64,000 nt of DNA from positions 18,245-82,244 of the forward strand of contig CAZIGN010000002.1 of the NCBI GenBank assembly GCA_964538805.1, given 5' to 3'. The DNA is from an uncultured Lachnospiraceae bacterium. GTDB taxonomy: Bacteria; Bacillota; Clostridia; Lachnospirales; Lachnospiraceae. How positions within the stretch are numbered: the first letter of the stretch is position 1; the number at the start of each line of letters is the position of its first letter. The position numbers and the translations under genes were made by a program. The notes beneath the pieces are model-generated. The model was not told the origin of the DNA, did not search any database, and worked only from the letters and a program-made list of their open reading frames with translations. Positions 59,320 to 64,000 of this stretch are shown in pieces.

Positions 59320-60591
59320 TTATTTAACAGTACTTGTTATTACTAGAGATGTATTATATTCATTGCTAATTATGTTCTTGAATTTATTCATTGAAACTAA
59401 TCTATATATATCATCAGCTTTTATAGATTGAAGTAACATAGATTTTGGAGCAGTTTTTAATGTATCTAAAGAAGTAATAGGTTTTGTAATTAAAGGAAGT
59501 GATGTGTTTTTACTAATAAGTGATAGCAAGTCTTTAGAATCACTGTTAAAACCAAGAACTCGAATATAAAGGATAGTACCCTTTTTTATATAATTTTGCA
59601 TATCTTTTTTTGTCAAATCAAGAAGTATATGGATAAGAGCTCTATTAATATTAGTTTGTGTAATGTTTTTAGTCTTTAATTGCTCTGAAAAACTTTTATA
59701 GTCCTTAAATTCATATCGTGATTCATATATTCGGTTAGCTAAATCATTACCTATATCATAGATTGATGATAAAGAATCCTTAGTATGGCTTATTAACTTT
59801 TCGCCTAAAATAATAGAAAAGTCATCTTCAACTATAGGAAAAGTTTTATTGTATTCTTTACTATATATATCTTTAAAAATGTTGCTAAACAACAAACTGT
59901 TTTGATCTTTTATGTTTGTCTTAATCTCTGGTAAATTCCCTAAAGTATTTAAATTTGCTCTAAAGGAAGATGCTGAAAAATATCCTTTTTCTGAAATATT
60001 TTCATCGTGATAAGAAGAATGAATTCGTTCTAAGGTTAGGGGTTTGATTTTACTTTTTAAACTTAACAATGCTTTTATATATTCGATACCAAGAATATTA
60101 TTAGGGTGACTTAATATTTCTTTATAATAGGGATTATCTAGATAATCTGTAAATGCATTCATTCTAGCTTTGGGATAAGATAATCCTTTTTTCAAATATG
60201 ATTTAAGTAATAAAGAGTATGCAACTGGTTCATCTAATAGTACTTTTGCAATATTAGTCAAACTACTAATATCATCGCATTCGCTCCCAAAGACTATATA
60301 ATCTACAATTCTTAATTCATGAAGCAACTTAACACTTGCAAAAGCGAATAATTCAGCGCTTGAACTAGAGTAATGAAAAGGTAATTCTATTACTAGGTCT
60401 ACACCAGAAAAAATGGCAGCTTTTGTTCTGATTGATTTATTTAAAAATGCAGGGACGCCTCTTTGTACGTAATTTCCGCTCATTATAGCAATAACTCTAT
60501 CTGCATTTGTTAATTCCTTTGCTTTTTTTATATGATAAATATGTCCCTCGTGTAAAGGATTATATTCAACTATTATTCCTACAGTAATCAT
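59320..60591 (-). CDS. tmcAL: tRNA(Met) cytidine acetate ligase (YlbM/UPF0348 nucleotidyltransferase)
   Basis: N terminus MITVGIIVEYNPLHEGHIYHI (HxGH) at internal ATG 60591 behind AAGGAAGG. The longer ORF extending to 60717 lacks support. Confidence 0.8.
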   Translation of the reverse strand: MITVGIIVEYNPLHEGHIYHIKKAKELTNADRVIAIMSGNYVQRGVPAFLNKSIRTKAAIFSGVDLVIELPFHYSSSSAELFAFASVKLLHELRIVDYIVFGSECDDISSLTNIAKVLLDEPVAYSLLLKSYLKKGLSYPKARMNAFTDYLDNPYYKEILSHPNNILGIEYIKALLSLKSKIKPLTLERIHSSYHDENISEKGYFSASSFRANLNTLGNLPEIKTNIKDQNSLLFSNIFKDIYSKEYNKTFPIVEDDFSIILGEKLISHTKDSLSSIYDIGNDLANRIYESRYEFKDYKSFSEQLKTKNITQTNINRALIHILLDLTKKDMQNYIKKGTILYIRVLGFNSDSKDLLSLISKNTSLPLITKPITSLDTLKTAPKSMLLQSIKADDIYRLVSMNKFKNIISNEYNTSLVITSTVK

Positions 60592-60760
60592 AAAGAAACC
60601 TTCCTTAATTGCTTGATTTGATATAACTTCTAAGTATTTTAACATAAAATTATGATTTTGTATTGAATTATAAACATTAATTTGAGAAAATAAGCTTGTA
60701 TGTAAAATTATTATCATTTATAATTATAAGAAGTATATATGTTGAAAGGAGTCATTAAAC

Positions 60761-61756
60761 ATGGGATTTATTGACGAAATTAAAACTAGAGCAAAAGCAG
60801 ATAAAAAAGCTATAATTCTTCCAGAGTCAATGGACAGAAGAGTTCTAGAAGCGGCACAGATAATTTTAAAAGAAGACCTTGTAGATCTTTATATCATTGG
60901 TAAACCAGAAGATATTGCAAAAACTGGAAGCGATTTAGATCTAAGTAAAGCAACAATTATTAATCCGTTTACTAACGAGAAAACAGATGAATATATTGAG
61001 GAATTTGCAGAACTAAGAAAAAGCAAAGGTATGACTAAGGAAGAAGCTAAAGAAATACTTCTTAGTGATTACATGTATTATGCTTGTATGATGGTAAAAC
61101 AAAAAGATGCAGACGGTGTAGTTTCTGGTGCCTGCCATTCAACAGCTAATACTTTAAGACCTTCTTTACAAATCATAAAGACAAAACCAGGGACAAAGTT
61201 GGTTTCAGCATTTTTTGTAATGGTAGTTCCTGATTGTGAATTAGGAGACAATGGAACATTTTTATTTGGTGACTGTGGCTTAAATCAGAATCCAACGGCA
61301 GAAGAATTAGCAGCTATTGCAGCATCTTCAGCAGAAAGTTTTGAATTTCTAGTGGGAAAAAAAGCTAAAGTTGCAATGCTTTCTCATTCATCAATGGGAA
61401 GTGCAAAGCATAATGATGTAACAAAGGTTGTAGAAGCAACAAGAATCGCTAAAGAAGAGTCACCACAATTTGAGATAGACGGTGAATTACAACTTGATGC
61501 AGCTATTATTCCGGAGATAGGTAGATCAAAAGCATCAGATAGTAAGGTTGCGGGAAAAGCGAATGTATTAATATTCCCTGATTTAGATGCGGGTAATATT
61601 GGGTATAAATTGGTAGAAAGACTAGCTAAGGCGCAGGCTTTTGGACCAATGACACAGGGTATAGCAAAACCAATCAACGATCTTTCAAGAGGTTGTTCGG
61701 TAACAGACATTGTAGGTGTAGTTGCAATGACAGCAGTACAATGTCAAATGAATTAA
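60761..61756 (+). CDS. pta: Phosphate acetyltransferase
   Basis: 331 aa with IILPES.D.RVLEAA, DADGVVSGA.HST and NDLSRGCS. Confidence 0.93.
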   Translation: MGFIDEIKTRAKADKKAIILPESMDRRVLEAAQIILKEDLVDLYIIGKPEDIAKTGSDLDLSKATIINPFTNEKTDEYIEEFAELRKSKGMTKEEAKEILLSDYMYYACMMVKQKDADGVVSGACHSTANTLRPSLQIIKTKPGTKLVSAFFVMVVPDCELGDNGTFLFGDCGLNQNPTAEELAAIAASSAESFEFLVGKKAKVAMLSHSSMGSAKHNDVTKVVEATRIAKEESPQFEIDGELQLDAAIIPEIGRSKASDSKVAGKANVLIFPDLDAGNIGYKLVERLAKAQAFGPMTQGIAKPINDLSRGCSVTDIVGVVAMTAVQCQMN

Positions 61757-61780
61757 TTATACAAAGAATAGGAGAAAAGA

Positions 61781-62974
61781 ATGAAGATATTAGTATTAAA
61801 CTGTGGTAGTTCATCACTTAAGTATCAGTTATTTAACATGGAGGATGAGTCAGTATTAGCAAAAGGAATTTGCGAAAGAATAGGAACTGAAAAAGCACAA
61901 TTAGTTCATCAAAAAGAAGGACACGATAAGGTGAAATCATTACATGAAATGCCTGATCATACTGTTGCTGTTAAACTAGTTATTGACGCATTACTTGATA
62001 AAGAAACAGGTGTTATAGCTGATATTAATGAGATAAGCGCAGTAGGACATAGAGTTGTTCATGCTGGAAAATACTATAGTGATTCTAAGATTGTAAATGA
62101 AGATGTTAAAAAGGTTATAAAAGATTGTTTTGAATTAGGACCTTTACATAATCCTGCAAACCTTAGTGGTATAGAAGCTTGTGAAGCAATAATGGAAAAT
62201 ATTCCACAAATCGCAGTATTTGATACAGCATTTCACCAGACTATGCCAGAAAAAGCTTATATGTATGCTATCCCAAGAAGATACTATGATAAATATAATG
62301 TAAGAAGATATGGTTTTCATGGAACAAGCCACTCTTTTGTTTCAAAAGAAGCTTGTGTTTATGGGGAATTAGATATAAACAATTCAAAATTAGTTATTTG
62401 TCACTTAGGTAATGGTTCAAGCGTATCAGCTGTTCTTAACGGAAAATGCGTTGATACTTCAATGGGATTAACTCCACTTGAAGGTCTAATAATGGGAACT
62501 AGAAGTGGTGATATAGATCCATCTATAGTACAATTTATTGCTAACAAAGAAAATAAAACAATAAATGAGATAATGGATGTATTAAACAAAGAATCTGGTG
62601 TATTAGCATTAAGTGGCTTTTCAAGTGACTTTAGAGACTTAAATGATGCAATGGATGCTGGTGATCAAAAAGCTAAATTAGCTCTTGATGCTTTTAATTA
62701 TAAAGTAGCAAAAACTATTGGTAGCTATGTAACTGCTATGAATGGTGTAGATGCAATTGTATTTACAGCAGGCGTTGGTGAAAATGATCATTATGTAAGA
62801 GAAGGTGTTTGCTCATACTTTGGTTATTTAGGACTTGAATTTGATGCTTCTAAGAATCAAGTAAGAGGACAATACAGAGTATTATCTACTCCTGAATCTA
62901 AGGTAAAAGTTATGATAATACCAACTAACGAAGAATTAAAAATTGCTCAGGAAACACTAGCATTAGTTAAATAA
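61781..62974 (+). CDS. ackA: Acetate kinase
   Basis: MKILVLNCGSSSLKYQLF, HRVVHAG, FHGTSH and FTAGVGEN. Confidence 0.97.
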   Translation: MKILVLNCGSSSLKYQLFNMEDESVLAKGICERIGTEKAQLVHQKEGHDKVKSLHEMPDHTVAVKLVIDALLDKETGVIADINEISAVGHRVVHAGKYYSDSKIVNEDVKKVIKDCFELGPLHNPANLSGIEACEAIMENIPQIAVFDTAFHQTMPEKAYMYAIPRRYYDKYNVRRYGFHGTSHSFVSKEACVYGELDINNSKLVICHLGNGSSVSAVLNGKCVDTSMGLTPLEGLIMGTRSGDIDPSIVQFIANKENKTINEIMDVLNKESGVLALSGFSSDFRDLNDAMDAGDQKAKLALDAFNYKVAKTIGSYVTAMNGVDAIVFTAGVGENDHYVREGVCSYFGYLGLEFDASKNQVRGQYRVLSTPESKVKVMIIPTNEELKIAQETLALVK

Positions 62975-62979
62975 TATAG

Positions 62980-63027
62980 ACACAGTCAAAAGATAAGTTT
63001 ACAATACTTTATTTGACTGTGTTTTTT
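62980..63027 (+). terminator. Rho-independent terminator after ackA
   Basis: ACACAGTCAAA-N21-TTTGACTGTGT followed by TTTTT. Confidence 0.8.
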
Positions 63028-63208
63028 AATACCTAAAATTATTAGTGGTTAATTGTCAGATAATTATAAAAAAAATTTAAAGAAGTTGATTAAATTGCTA
63101 ACTTGGTTTATAATTCATAAAAAGGATGGTGTGATATTTATCGTAAGTTTGAATTGGAAAAACAATTAGCCATTTAATAAAATATAACGAATAAAAAAGG
63201 AGGCATAT

Positions 63209-64000
63209 ATGTTTGATGTAATTAAAGATTCTAATAATGAATATAAAAATTTGTTTGGAGGAGAATGGGTTAAGGGTAAAAGTGGTGAGTTTGTAGACAT
63301 TATTTCTCCACTAGATTTTAGTATTGTTGGTAGAGTTCCTGCTATGACGAAAGAAGAAGTTGATGAAGTTGTAATAAACGCTAAAAAAGCATTTAGAGAA
63401 TGGAAACAAACAACTATAGAACAAAGATCAGTAATTATGTATAATGCTGCTAAGATTCTTGTGGAAGAAGCAGAGATATTATCAAATCTTATGATAAATG
63501 AAATAGGAAAAGATAAAAAAAGTGCATACTCTGAAGTTGTTAGAACTGCTGATTTTGTTAAGTTTACAGCAGATACAGCAAAGAATTTGACAGGTGAGAC
63601 ACTTCCAGGAGATAGTTTTCCAGGATATAAAACTACTAAGGTTTCTATAGTAAAAAGAGAGCCTCTAGGTGTGGTTTTAGCTATATCACCTTTTAATTAT
63701 CCTATTAATCTAGCGGCGTCAAAGATAGCTCCAGCATTAATGGCAGGAAATTCTGTTATTTTAAAGCCTGCTACACAAGGTAGTTTATCTGGTCTTTATT
63801 TAGCAAGAGTATTTGAAAAAGCGGGACTTCCTGCGGGAGTATTAAATACAGTTACAGGAAAAGGAAGCGAAATAGGCGACTATATTACAACAAAAAAAGA
63901 CATTGATTTTATTAATTTTACTGGTAGTACTGTTGTTGGAGAAAGAATCTCAAAAATTACATCAATGGTGCCTTTACTAATGGAATTAGGTGGAAAAGAT
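63209..64000 (+). CDS. gapN: NADP-dependent non-phosphorylating glyceraldehyde-3-phosphate dehydrogenase (3' end cut by window edge)
   Basis: My own translation from ATG 63209 behind AAAGGAGG is open to the window end: MFDVIKDSNNEYKNLFGGEWV...VPAMTKEEVD...REPLGVVLAISPFNYPINLAASKIAPAL...GLPAGVLNTVTGKGSEIGDYI...INFTGST...LMELGGKD. It is close to Streptococcus GapN as I remember it. Absent from the ORF track because no stop lies in the window. Confidence 0.85.
   Translation, partial: MFDVIKDSNNEYKNLFGGEWVKGKSGEFVDIISPLDFSIVGRVPAMTKEEVDEVVINAKKAFREWKQTTIEQRSVIMYNAAKILVEEAEILSNLMINEIGKDKKSAYSEVVRTADFVKFTADTAKNLTGETLPGDSFPGYKTTKVSIVKREPLGVVLAISPFNYPINLAASKIAPALMAGNSVILKPATQGSLSGLYLARVFEKAGLPAGVLNTVTGKGSEIGDYITTKKDIDFINFTGSTVVGERISKITSMVPLLMELGGKD

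Noticed and set aside
1-64000. Search for CRISPR arrays, tRNA/rRNA genes, IS elements, prophage, toxin-antitoxin or known defence-system signatures
   Set aside because: No regularly spaced direct repeats, no cloverleaf-capable GC-rich segments in the short intergenic gaps (largest about 400 nt), and no transposase, integrase, nuclease-helicase or methyltransferase clusters. The window looks like core genome.

Overview
The window is AT-rich (roughly 30% GC by eye) and almost entirely conserved housekeeping genome of a low-GC Firmicute, probably a Clostridia- or Tissierellia-like anaerobe. About 50 of 57 genes are on the + strand. Gene order follows well-known Firmicute synteny: xseA-xseB-ispA-dxs-nadK-argR-recN; yicC-gmk-rpoZ-rimO-pgsA-(x)-recA-recX-rny; proC-nudF-xerD; deoB-pdp; scpA-scpB-leuS; cmk-ispH-rpsA; rsmD-coaD; pta-ackA; and a partial gapN at the right edge. 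Fermentative central metabolism is prominent, with PFOR, pta-ackA, gapN and a Na+-pumping biotin decarboxylase locus. I found no tRNA or rRNA genes, CRISPR arrays, transposases, phage genes, toxin-antitoxin pairs or recognisable defence islands, so I cannot support a claim of a novel system here. The most interesting items are modest. They are a preQ1-I-like riboswitch upstream of a small radical-SAM protein plus a YhhQ transporter (candidate queuine/preQ1 salvage), and a decarboxylase locus with two different carboxyltransferases sharing one biotin carrier and one pump subunit, next to an OadG-like anchor with an extra N-terminal domain. Others are a catalytically degenerate histidine-kinase-like membrane protein where cinA usually sits, orphan Hpt and CheR genes, and a perfect 12-bp inverted repeat over the predicted promoter of a CoA-disulfide-reductase/rhodanese operon. 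All functional calls rest on motif recognition from memory and synteny. No searches were run.
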